Assembly: GCA_016187515.1 (NCBI GenBank)
Contig: JACPJN010000006.1
Span: forward strand, 128,856-192,855
Origin: Candidatus Uhrbacteria bacterium
GTDB lineage: Bacteria; Patescibacteriota; Patescibacteriia; GWA2-47-26
Reading direction: 5' to 3'
DNA length: 64,000 bases
Positions within the stretch are counted from its first letter, which is position 1. Every line of letters begins with the position of its first letter. Shown here piece by piece: positions 55,231 to 64,000 of this stretch. The notes under the pieces are model-generated. The model made no database searches, was not told the DNA's origin, and worked only from the letters and a program-made list of their open reading frames with translations. Position numbers and translations under genes: made by a program.

Positions 55231-58155
55231 ATGAAAAACACCATCCAAATTCGCGGCGCGCGCGTCAATAATTTGAAAGACATCACGGTTGAGATTCCCA
55301 AAAATAAATTAGTGGTCATCACCGGACTTTCCGGTTCGGGAAAATCATCACTGGCTTTTGACACCCTGTTTGCCGAAGGCCAGCGCCGGTATGTGGAGTC
55401 GCTGGGCAGTTTTATCCGGCAATTTTTGGAACTCCAAAACAAACCGGACGTGGATGAAATCCGCGGCTTGTCGCCCACGATCGCGATCGACCAAAAAGGA
55501 CTTTCGGAAAATCCCCGTTCCACCGTCGGCACCATTACGGAAATCGCCGACTATCTGCGGCTGCTTTTTTCACGAATCGGAAAAATGGAATGCCTGGCCT
55601 GCCAAGCGCCCCTGCGTCGGCTTGCTCCGGAAGAAATCGTACGCGAATTAACTGCCGAAATATCCAACCACTCCCTTATCCTGCTCGCCCCGTTGGTCTC
55701 AAAAAATAAAACCGAGGAAACCGCCGATGATATTATTGAACGGCTGGAGCGCGCCGGTTTTTCCGAAGTGCGCTTAAACGGAGCACGGATGCCGCTAAAC
55801 ACGCTTAAAGAATTGGGCCTGCCTCAAATTCCTTTCGCGCTCGACGTCGTCATCGGAACGCTTGGCCCAAAAGAATTAGCAGAAGATCCGGGCTACGTCC
55901 GCCTGCAAATTTTAACCGCCCTGGAACTCGGCGACGGCGCGGTGGCGGCCGAAATAATCGTCCCCGCACCCCCTCCCTTGGTGGGAGGGGCGAGGGGAGG
56001 GGGAAAGGATGAGGGGATCTTATTTTTCTCCCGCGAACTGACTTGTCCGTCTTGCGGAAAAACCTATCCGCCTTACGAGCCGCGCAATTTTTCCTTCAAC
56101 AGTCCCCACGGGGCGTGCGCGGGCTGCACCGGACTGGGCGTCAAGGCGACCGTCATCCCCGAGCTGGTCTTGCCTAATCCGCGCCTGACTTTGCGCGAAG
56201 GAGCGATTAAACCCTGGTCCCGGATCGGAGCAAATCAGTCCTCCCGCCTGGAATTGCTTAACGCGGTCGCGGCAAAACATAAATTCTCGCTGGACACTCC
56301 CGTCGGTGAACTGACCGCGCGCTCCCGCGAGATCGTGCTTTTCGGCGCCAAAGATGAGCTTTACGAACTGAAAGGCGCCGCGATGAAATTTCAGGGAGTC
56401 ATCCCGGAACTGCAGTCGCGCTACTCCGATACGGACTCCGACTACATCCGCAAAGAAATCGAGACCTATATGCGCCAGGAGCTTTGCCTGGAGTGCCAGG
56501 GCGGCCGCCTTAAACCCGAAACCCTAGCCGTTACGCTCGCCGGGAAAAATATCGCGGAGCTTGGCGCCCTGTCCATTGATGACGCCATCGAATTTTTTGA
56601 AAAAATTACTAAATCCACCGGCTCGCTCGCGCCGTCCGAACTTGCCGTCGCTACCCCGATTGTCAGAGAAATTCTGACCCGCCTTAAGCACCTGCAGCAC
56701 GCCGGGCTGGGCTACTTGAGTTTGGATCGCTCGGCGCCCAGCATTTCCGGCGGAGAAGGACAGCGCATTCGCCTCGCCGTCCAGCTGGGGACCACCCTTT
56801 CCGGGGTGATCTATGTTCTGGACGAACCCACGGTCGGACTTCATGAACGCGACACGCAAATGCTGTTGAACCTGTTGCGCGAACTTATCGCTAATGAAAA
56901 TACGGTTGTGGTGGTTGAACATGACGCTCGACTCATGCGCGAGGCGGATTTCATCATTGATATGGGACCCGGGGCCGGGCAGTGCGGCGGACAAGTGGTC
57001 ACCCGCGGAACCGCGGGAGCCATTATGAAACACGGAAAGTCGCTGACCGGCGCGTACCTGGCCGGAAGGAAGCGCATTGCCCTACCCTCACCCTCCCCTC
57101 TCCCCAAGGGAGAGGGTGGCCGCAGGCCGGGTGAGGGACGCCGCGGCAATGGCAAGGCCCTCTTCATCAAAGGCGCGAGCGCGTTCAATCTCAAAAACGT
57201 AGATGTTAAAATCCCGCTGGGAAAATTTGTCTGCGTTACCGGGGTCTCCGGGTCCGGGAAATCCACGCTCATCCTGGAAATTCTGGGCAAAGCGCTGGCG
57301 CGCAAACTTTACAACGCGCATGATCTGCCCGCGGCCCATCAAGAGATTACCGGCCTCCAGCATCTTGACAAAGTCATTACCGTGGACCAAACCCCGATTG
57401 GACGAACCCCGCGATCCAACCCGGCCACCTATACCGGAATCTTTACGCTCGTGCGCGACCTTTACACTGAAATTCCGGAAAGCAAACTCAAGGGCTTTGA
57501 CGCCGGAACCTTTAGCTTCAACGTACGGGGCGGACGCTGTGAAAGCTGTACTGGCGAGGGTTATGTAAAAGTCGCCATGCAATTTATGGCCGACACCTAT
57601 TTACTCTGTCCCGAGTGCCATGGCACGCGCTACCACGCCCACGCGCTGGAAGTCCACTATAAAAATAAAAATATCGCCGAGGTCTTAACCCTGTCGGCCG
57701 CGGAGGCCAAAATATTTTTCAAGGACGTGCCGCTCCTGGCCGAAAAACTTCAGGTTCTGGAAGACGTCGGTCTGGGCTATATCAAACTTGGCCAGGGCGC
57801 GCCGACTTTATCCGGCGGAGAAGCCCAGCGGGTTAAACTGGCCACTGAACTGTCCCGCCGGGCCACCGGCAAAACCCTGTATATCCTGGATGAACCCACT
57901 ACCGGCTTGCACTTTGATGATATTCAGCATCTTTTGCTGGTCCTGGATCGGCTGGTAGAAAAAGGCAACGCGGTTCTCGTGATTGAACATAATCTGGAGG
58001 TCATCAAATGCGCGGACTGGGTGATTGACATGGGTCCGGAGGGCGGAAAGGGCGGCGGGTATTTGGTGGCGGAAGGCACGCCGAAAGATATTTGCAAAGT
58101 AAAAAAATCGTATACGGGACAGTATTTGAAACGAGTTCTCTCCCCCTTAAGATAA
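55231..58155 (+). CDS. uvrA: Excinuclease ABC subunit A with two in-frame hairpin inserts
   Basis: [22 protein letters not shown] signatures, zinc fingers. Confidence 0.98.
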   Translation: MKNTIQIRGARVNNLKDITVEIPKNKLVVITGLSGSGKSSLAFDTLFAEGQRRYVESLGSFIRQFLELQNKPDVDEIRGLSPTIAIDQKGLSENPRSTVGTITEIADYLRLLFSRIGKMECLACQAPLRRLAPEEIVRELTAEISNHSLILLAPLVSKNKTEETADDIIERLERAGFSEVRLNGARMPLNTLKELGLPQIPFALDVVIGTLGPKELAEDPGYVRLQILTALELGDGAVAAEIIVPAPPPLVGGARGGGKDEGILFFSRELTCPSCGKTYPPYEPRNFSFNSPHGACAGCTGLGVKATVIPELVLPNPRLTLREGAIKPWSRIGANQSSRLELLNAVAAKHKFSLDTPVGELTARSREIVLFGAKDELYELKGAAMKFQGVIPELQSRYSDTDSDYIRKEIETYMRQELCLECQGGRLKPETLAVTLAGKNIAELGALSIDDAIEFFEKITKSTGSLAPSELAVATPIVREILTRLKHLQHAGLGYLSLDRSAPSISGGEGQRIRLAVQLGTTLSGVIYVLDEPTVGLHERDTQMLLNLLRELIANENTVVVVEHDARLMREADFIIDMGPGAGQCGGQVVTRGTAGAIMKHGKSLTGAYLAGRKRIALPSPSPLPKGEGGRRPGEGRRGNGKALFIKGASAFNLKNVDVKIPLGKFVCVTGVSGSGKSTLILEILGKALARKLYNAHDLPAAHQEITGLQHLDKVITVDQTPIGRTPRSNPATYTGIFTLVRDLYTEIPESKLKGFDAGTFSFNVRGGRCESCTGEGYVKVAMQFMADTYLLCPECHGTRYHAHALEVHYKNKNIAEVLTLSAAEAKIFFKDVPLLAEKLQVLEDVGLGYIKLGQGAPTLSGGEAQRVKLATELSRRATGKTLYILDEPTTGLHFDDIQHLLLVLDRLVEKGNAVLVIEHNLEVIKCADWVIDMGPEGGKGGGYLVAEGTPKDICKVKKSYTGQYLKRVLSPLR

Positions 58156-58307
58156 GGGGGAGTGGGAGGGGGTTATGAAGGGTTGGGGTGAGGGATCAAT
58201 TTAGGGGCAGTTACAAAAAAACACTCCGGAGTCCTCGACGCTTGCCGCGTCAGGAATCCGGAGTTGGAAATGGGGGAACATAGGCGCTTCGTGCGCACCT
58301 GCGGCGC

Positions 58308-59294
58308 TTACGGCGCCGCCATCGCCTGACACTCGGTGCGCCAGCCACGCGGGTCACGTGCGTCGGGTATGTACATGTATACCCGCCTCTGTTGAATGCA
58401 TGAGTTCGCAGAGACCAGGGCTTGCTGCAGCAGCCGCACGCGCTCCTCCAGAAACGCGAGCCGCTCGGCCGCCGCGTCAGCCGGCCCCGGACTCAAACCG
58501 GCGCTGGGTACGCAAGCGTTCGTCGCGGCGTTATAGAGCTCGCCTTGCTCTGCGCATCTCTTGGCGCGGCCGCCACTGTTGACCAAGGGCTGAAGGTCGA
58601 CGACATGCCTCTTGAGCGTATCACGATCGCCTTCGCACGCCTGAAGGTCTGCCAAGGCCTGCTGGACACGCGGGGCCGGGCGCTTGGGGCAGGCCGGACA
58701 TTCCTGCACCGCAGCCGCCGACACCGTTCCGCAGGTCTGACAATGCTTGGTAACCGCGTTGTATAGCGTTCCGAGATTGCCGCACTGCTCCGCCGTCTTG
58801 AGCTCGGCGCGGCACTCATTGCGCTCGCTCGTCACTTGCGCCAACTGTTCTTCGCCGGCAACCGGCGTAAGGTAGAGCACGTCCGTGCGCCAGGCGCCGA
58901 ACCGCAGGTTGGTCGCGGGCAGGGCGCGGCGGGGGTCCAGGAACTTGTCGCCTGTAAAGCTCTTCCCGTCGGCGGTCCAGAGGAGCGCGCCGCGCAGGTT
59001 CACCCGTCCGCAGGTCCCGTCGCCGAGATCCGCGATGGTCTCGCGCATGGCGTGACCCAAACTCCGGTGCGCCAGGCCCGCCGTGTGCAAAGCGCACAGG
59101 TACGGCGAACGGCTGCCGGCCGGACACGCGCGCCGGTCGGCCTTGTTCTTGCTGACCTTGACAGCCACGAGCTTGGCGAGCGGGAGCGCACCCTGGCAGA
59201 CATCGCTTCCCATCGCGGGAAGCGCGCGGGCATCCGCCTTGCTGACCGTGAGAAACACGGTGAAAATCGCGCAAAGAACGTTGAAGAATCGCAT
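58308..59294 (-). CDS. Secreted Cys-containing hypothetical protein
   Basis: Signal peptide; GGAGG SD; TTGACA-N17-TATAAC upstream. Confidence 0.7.
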   Translation of the reverse strand: MRFFNVLCAIFTVFLTVSKADARALPAMGSDVCQGALPLAKLVAVKVSKNKADRRACPAGSRSPYLCALHTAGLAHRSLGHAMRETIADLGDGTCGRVNLRGALLWTADGKSFTGDKFLDPRRALPATNLRFGAWRTDVLYLTPVAGEEQLAQVTSERNECRAELKTAEQCGNLGTLYNAVTKHCQTCGTVSAAAVQECPACPKRPAPRVQQALADLQACEGDRDTLKRHVVDLQPLVNSGGRAKRCAEQGELYNAATNACVPSAGLSPGPADAAAERLAFLEERVRLLQQALVSANSCIQQRRVYMYIPDARDPRGWRTECQAMAAP

Positions 59295-59454
59295 GTTTTC
59301 CTCCGAAAGCCGCTTTTTGGGGCTTTCTGTATGGGTTATAACATAAATACCTTAGTTTGTCAAGTCGCTGGTCGGCAACCGCCCCATAATTTTAAAAAAC
59401 CCGTTTGGATCATTACTGATCCAAACGGGGTGAAGGTACGCTCTGGTTTTCCTC

Positions 59455-61095
59455 CTACACCGGCGCTACGGCTGCGGTGCTAGCGGCCCTCCTGCCGCGC
59501 CGGCCTCGCGCGGGAGGCGTCTTGGGCTCCGGCGGCGGAGCCGGGAACACGGTGCGCAAGGCCTGGACAACCGCGCCAAACTGCGCGCGCCGCGGCGTGT
59601 CCTGCATCGTGCCGTCCACCCGCTTGCGCTGACGCGCGCAGGGGTGATCGTAAAAGTACGTCAGGCCGTCCAAGTTGGCCGCGATCCGCTCGGTAACCGC
59701 GGCAAAGCCATTGACCCGTCCGCGCAGGCCGGAAAGTTCGGCCTCGGCGCGCAAGGCATGCTGGCGCTTGTCTTCCGCCGCGGCACGCGCTTCTGCCGCT
59801 TCCTGCGTGAGGCGCGTCATCTCCCCCTGCGCCAACGCCAGCTCCTGGCTGGCATGGTCACGTTCGTTGACAACCTGACGCGCAAGCACCGCGATCTCGC
59901 TCGCCTCCGCCTCATGCGCGCCCAGCTCGCCCAAGGCCGCCTGGACCTGGACCAGGAGGTCCGCGCGCGCGACTTCGGCCTGCTCCGCGCGCCGCTGCTG
60001 CGCCTGGAGTTCGTCCATGCGCGTCTGGGCCGCCTGCGCCAGCCCCAGGTCCTCGGGGGCGCGCAGCGCGCCGCGCGTACGGCGGATCTGGACCACGAGA
60101 TCACCACCCGCTTTTTTCAAATCCGCGATCTTGTCGGCAACGACCTTAACAACATCCAATTCCGAAGGCGCTTCACGGTAATCCGCTCCCACTGCCGCGT
60201 ACAATCCGCGCCGAACGCCCTCGGCTGCGTCATCAATTCCCTCAAACTCACTGGCATTGAGGGACTGGCGAGCGCGCCCAACACGCTCAAGCAAGGGTTT
60301 GTACATCTGGAGCAATGACGAATGCGCATCCTGCGCAAGGCGCAGCGACGCGCGCGTTTCCTGCAACGCGGCATTGGCTCGGTGCCGCTGACGCCACAAA
60401 AACCACAAAACCGTACCAAACACCATCAGCACTACGCTCAAAAACACCACTTGGCCGCTTGTGATTCCGTTTGGGGCAGCGCGCAGCGCCGCAAGCTCAC
60501 GACCCTGCTGCTGGAGCGCGGCTTGGAGCGCCGCGACTTCCTCGTCGCGCCCGGGGGCGCTCTGCGCATTGGCCGTTCCACCGGCCGGAAGTGCGCGCAC
60601 CTGCCTTTCCAATCCGGCCACATACGCCTCGCACACCTGCCGGCCGCCCTGGCAAGGCGGGAGCGACTGAAACACCGTGAGGCGCGCGCCGTGGCGCCGG
60701 TTCAGTCCGAACTCCGTACGCCGGCAGTCCAGCCGTTCATCCAGCGCCCGCACCTGCGCGACCGTGCGCAGCTTGTAGTCCACCGGATCCACCCACAGCT
60801 TGGAACCATTGGAAAGCGTGCAGATCATCCAGACCGCGCCGCTTACCAGATTCGGGCACTCACCCGTCCGCGTATTGGTCATGAGCGCCACCCTTTCCGG
60901 GGTGGCCGTGAGACCGCGCTTTTCAATCCCGGCCTGGATCGTGGAACCATCCGCGCTCGGACAGTTCTCGCCGCGCAGACCGCAGTCCGCCGAAAGCAAC
61001 TCTCCATCCGGCGGCAGCCCCGGCTTGGCCTGCGCCGTGACGCTCGCGAACATCACCGCGAAAAACGCGAACAACATGTTGGTGATCCGGTCCAT
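59455..61095 (-). CDS. Single-pass membrane protein with a long cytoplasmic coiled coil
   Basis: Signal peptide, central TM, Ala/Gln/Glu-rich helices; AGGAGG SD; TTGACA-N17-TATAGA. Confidence 0.72.
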   Translation of the reverse strand: MDRITNMLFAFFAVMFASVTAQAKPGLPPDGELLSADCGLRGENCPSADGSTIQAGIEKRGLTATPERVALMTNTRTGECPNLVSGAVWMICTLSNGSKLWVDPVDYKLRTVAQVRALDERLDCRRTEFGLNRRHGARLTVFQSLPPCQGGRQVCEAYVAGLERQVRALPAGGTANAQSAPGRDEEVAALQAALQQQGRELAALRAAPNGITSGQVVFLSVVLMVFGTVLWFLWRQRHRANAALQETRASLRLAQDAHSSLLQMYKPLLERVGRARQSLNASEFEGIDDAAEGVRRGLYAAVGADYREAPSELDVVKVVADKIADLKKAGGDLVVQIRRTRGALRAPEDLGLAQAAQTRMDELQAQQRRAEQAEVARADLLVQVQAALGELGAHEAEASEIAVLARQVVNERDHASQELALAQGEMTRLTQEAAEARAAAEDKRQHALRAEAELSGLRGRVNGFAAVTERIAANLDGLTYFYDHPCARQRKRVDGTMQDTPRRAQFGAVVQALRTVFPAPPPEPKTPPARGRRGRRAASTAAVAPV

Positions 61096-61244
61096 GGTTT
61101 TCCTCCTGTTGGATTTTGGGCCATTCTGGTTAAATCAAGGTACACTCTCTCTATACCACAAGACGCACGATCTGTCAACCCCTTACGCAAAACGCAAAAG
61201 CGGCCTTGCGGCCGCTCCAATTCCTACGTACTACGTCCTACATA

Positions 61245-61565
61245 CTACGTACTCGCCACGGGCGTTTCCTTCAGCCGTTTTTTGTAATCCCGCAAAAAGT
61301 AAAGTTTGGCGCGGCTAACCTTGGCCTGACGCACTGGCTCAATCTTGACGACGGCCGGCGCGCGAAGCGGGTATATTTTTTCTACCCCCACGCCGTCAGC
61401 GCCAATCTTGCGCACGGTGATCGTGGCTTGCGGTTCATTTCTGCCATGGCGCGCGATCACGATGCCTTCAAAAATCTGCACGCGCTCTTTTTCGCCTTTT
61501 TCGGTTTGCTCTTTGATTTTTTCATGCACCTTGACGGTCATCCCGGGTTTGATTGAATCGTGCAT
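61245..61565 (-). CDS. rplS: 50S ribosomal protein L19
   Basis: [33 protein letters not shown]. Confidence 0.96.
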   Translation of the reverse strand: MHDSIKPGMTVKVHEKIKEQTEKGEKERVQIFEGIVIARHGRNEPQATITVRKIGADGVGVEKIYPLRAPAVVKIEPVRQAKVSRAKLYFLRDYKKRLKETPVAST

Positions 61566-61641
61566 AAGACCTATGTGACCTATACGACTTATAAGACCTA
61601 CTTTAATCGTGCCACTATCCTACCACTCCCCCCTTATTACG

Positions 61642-62202
61642 TCAAGGCCTGATAATTTTAAGCACGGCCAGAACGGTTTCTTCAATCTTTCCCTCCGGCG
61701 CGGTTACGGTGTGGGTGCAGTATTTTGCTTGTTCCATTTCCTCGCGCGCTTGGACAACACGGCGTGATTCATCTTCCGGCGCCATTTTGCCGCGCCGTTT
61801 CAGCCGGCGCACGAGCGACTGCGGGGATTCGGCTTGGAGAAAGATAGAAATTGCTTGAGGGAGTTTTGCTTGAATCGCTTTTGCGCCCTGGATATCAATG
61901 ACCATGAGCACATCTTTATCGGACTGGAGCAGCGCGTCAAGATCGCGCTTGGAGTTACCGTACCATTCATTGTACACCTGCGCGTGCTCAAAAAATTCTT
62001 GCGCGGCAACTTTTTTATCAAATTCTTCTTTGCCGATAAAATGATAATCGCGTCCCTCAACTTCGCCTTTCCGCGAACCGCGGGTCGTGTAAGTTACCAG
62101 ACGCGCCAAGTTTGGTACACGCTTCAACAATCCACGCGCCACGGTAGTTTTTCCGACTCCGGAGGGGCCAGTTACAATAAAAATTCTTCCGGTTCTGGAC
62201 AT
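61642..62202 (-). CDS. gmk: Guanylate kinase
   Basis: GPSGVGKT, TTR..R.GEVEGRDYHF, IDIQGA. Confidence 0.95.
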   Translation of the reverse strand: MSRTGRIFIVTGPSGVGKTTVARGLLKRVPNLARLVTYTTRGSRKGEVEGRDYHFIGKEEFDKKVAAQEFFEHAQVYNEWYGNSKRDLDALLQSDKDVLMVIDIQGAKAIQAKLPQAISIFLQAESPQSLVRRLKRRGKMAPEDESRRVVQAREEMEQAKYCTHTVTAPEGKIEETVLAVLKIIRP

Positions 62203-63182
62203 ACGAATTCTCGGCGAGTGCCGCTTAAATCCTTAAACGCAATTTTCCGCGCATGCAACATGAGCCGGCTTGATTTACCTGTCTCGCTTGATTTACTTGA
62301 TTTACTGCGATACAGCGTATCGCCGACAATCGGATGCCCAATGGCTTTTAAGTGTACGCGAATCTGATGCGTCCGGCCAGTGCGGGTCCGGATCGCGAGA
62401 AATGTCACCCTCCCCTTCATCCCCTCCCATCGAGGGAGGGGGATCGTTTCGTACTCGGTCACGGCCTGTCTTCCCTTCCCCCCTTTTGGCCGCGCCACCA
62501 TCCGCGCGCCTTTGCGCGCCACGACAAATTCAATCACGCCCTGCGGCGGAATGACCGCGCCATTTACCGCCGCGACATATTCTTTTTCAACCTCATGCAT
62601 TTTAAATTGCTTTTTTAAATGATCAAACATATCCTGGGTACGGGCGATAACCATGACTCCGGAAACGTCGGCGTCAAGCCGATGCGCAATGCCCGGACGG
62701 ATTGGATCATCGCCGACTTTTCCAAGCTCGGGATACCGTGCCAGCAATCCATTAACCAGGGTATCCGGGGCTTTATGGCCTGCGCCTTGATGAACGACCA
62801 GGCCAGCGGGCTTGTTCACGACAATAAAATCCGGTTCTTCGTGGAGTACCCATGCCAGACCCCCTCTCACTCCCCCTCCGAGAGGGGGAGAAACAATTTT
62901 TCCTCCCCTGCCCGAGGGGAGGTAAGGAGGGGTGGGAGTACAATTAACGATTTGTACCTCCGGATTTGGCACCACCCGCAAATCCTCCGGTGGCTCGATT
63001 ACTGCCTCCACCTCATCACCCATGCGTAAAAAATGGTGCGGCGTGATGCGTTTGCTGTTTACCGTAACTTGTCCGTCTTTGACCATCCTTTGCAAATGCG
63101 CGCGCGAAAACTCCGGCAAATATTCTTTCAGAAACTTGTCGAGTCGTTGACCTTGATGTTCAATCGTAATTAAGAAATCCAT
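62172..63182 (-). CDS. RluA/RluD-family pseudouridine synthase with three in-frame repeat inserts
   Basis: S4 domain, NKPAGLVVH, HRLD, TGRTHQIRVH, LHA. Confidence 0.93.
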   Translation of the reverse strand: MDFLITIEHQGQRLDKFLKEYLPEFSRAHLQRMVKDGQVTVNSKRITPHHFLRMGDEVEAVIEPPEDLRVVPNPEVQIVNCTPTPPYLPSGRGGKIVSPPLGGGVRGGLAWVLHEEPDFIVVNKPAGLVVHQGAGHKAPDTLVNGLLARYPELGKVGDDPIRPGIAHRLDADVSGVMVIARTQDMFDHLKKQFKMHEVEKEYVAAVNGAVIPPQGVIEFVVARKGARMVARPKGGKGRQAVTEYETIPLPRWEGMKGRVTFLAIRTRTGRTHQIRVHLKAIGHPIVGDTLYRSKSSKSSETGKSSRLMLHARKIAFKDLSGTRREFVCPEPEEFLL

Positions 63183-63191
63183 GAGAAACGG

Positions 63192-63665
63192 TTAAGAACC
63201 GGCGTACCAAGCTACTTCTTTACCTTTGGTTTTCCAAAAAATTCCGTGGATCTCCTTGATTTTTTCAAGCAGTTCCTGCGCGTGCTCCAAGCTCACTTCT
63301 TGTTTGCACGCGGAAGCAAGTTTTGCCGTCTCCCAAAATTTAGTATGCAAATCCGGAAAGTCCTTAAGATGCGCCGGCTTAAAATAGTCCGTCCATAAAA
63401 TCAAGAGTTCGCGCTTGGCCAGCTCGGCCTGCTCTTCTTTAATCGCGATATAGCGCGCCAAAGTATTATGGAAATTTTTCCACGCGTCCTGATCGTGATT
63501 TTTCGGCTGCTCAAGCGCGATAATCTTTTTGGTCATCGAAAGCACGGCTTCCCCCGCGATCCGCGATGAGGCCGGATCATAAACCCCGCAAGGGCCGTCG
63601 CAATGCGCGTGTGCCACTTGCGCCGGGATCAATCTACAAAAAAAGGCGATTAATTTTATCCACAT
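63192..63665 (-). CDS. sodN: Nickel superoxide dismutase
   Basis: Ni-hook HCDGPCGVYDP after a short leader; ILWTDYFK. Confidence 0.93.
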   Translation of the reverse strand: MWIKLIAFFCRLIPAQVAHAHCDGPCGVYDPASSRIAGEAVLSMTKKIIALEQPKNHDQDAWKNFHNTLARYIAIKEEQAELAKRELLILWTDYFKPAHLKDFPDLHTKFWETAKLASACKQEVSLEHAQELLEKIKEIHGIFWKTKGKEVAWYAGS

Positions 63666-63676
63666 AGATTTTTTGA

Positions 63677-63844
63677 TTACTTATTGGTAGTGAATTTGAA
63701 TAGCGCGTACGCCGCCACGCTGCCAACCGCGACCCAGCCCATAACCTCAAAGGGGTGCGTATGGAGAACCGGCGCGCCATGGCCGGGATTGGCCAAAACG
63801 GCAAAAGGCGTAAACATAAACCCGATACTTATAATATATCGCAT
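63677..63844 (-). CDS. Small His-containing membrane protein
   Basis: Signal-like segment, NPGHG..HTH, then a TM helix; directly upstream of sodN. Confidence 0.55.
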   Translation of the reverse strand: MRYIISIGFMFTPFAVLANPGHGAPVLHTHPFEVMGWVAVGSVAAYALFKFTTNK

Positions 63845-63874
63845 ATTTAAAAAGTATAACATTTTAGCTGACGC

Positions 63875-64000
63875 TTATCCATAGTTACTTTGCACCCACG
63901 CCGCGGCCTGTTCTTTGGTGGTAACCCGCGCCGAAAGCTGTTCTTCAATAAGCGCGTCTTTGATCTCTCCCACCCCGGGCCCGGCCGGAATCTTTAGCAT
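63875..64000 (-). CDS. C-terminus of a CCA-adding enzyme/poly(A) polymerase-like protein (partial)
   Basis: LKIPAGPGVGEIKDALIEEQL...TKEQAAAWV*. Confidence 0.6.
   Translation of the reverse strand: MLKIPAGPGVGEIKDALIEEQLSARVTTKEQAAAWVQSNYG

Overview
Bacterial chromosomal window. Gene content and style suggest Patescibacteria/CPR (inference). Core genes include dprA, topA, rel, parAB, scpB, rnpB, trpS, rnj, secG, uvrA, rplS and gmk, plus an RluA-family synthase, five tRNA loci, a glycosyltransferase cluster and a Ni-SOD. Accessory blocks carry giant Cys-rich/Kelch surface proteins (two with an N-terminal M23 peptidase), two toxin-antitoxin pairs and orphan ORFs. The most striking signal is an 'ecosystem' of short repeats. 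Five small genes (one GxxExxY PD-(D/E)XK-like, three four-helix-bundle/IVP-like, one PaaX/Cas2-like) are each bracketed by their own repeat family, and gene-less copies of most of these families occur elsewhere in the window. These and other palindromic elements sit in-frame in at least nine conserved proteins, inflate RNase P RNA to about 785 nt, and disrupt or nest tRNA genes. Separately, diverged copies of the 3' ends of trpS and of a sugar transferase punctuate downstream cassette arrays and supply -35 boxes. A tRNA-Leu(CAA) has a compensated C19-G56 swap. No CRISPR array, reverse transcriptase, integrase or transposase was seen. All family assignments come from motif recognition by eye, not database searches.
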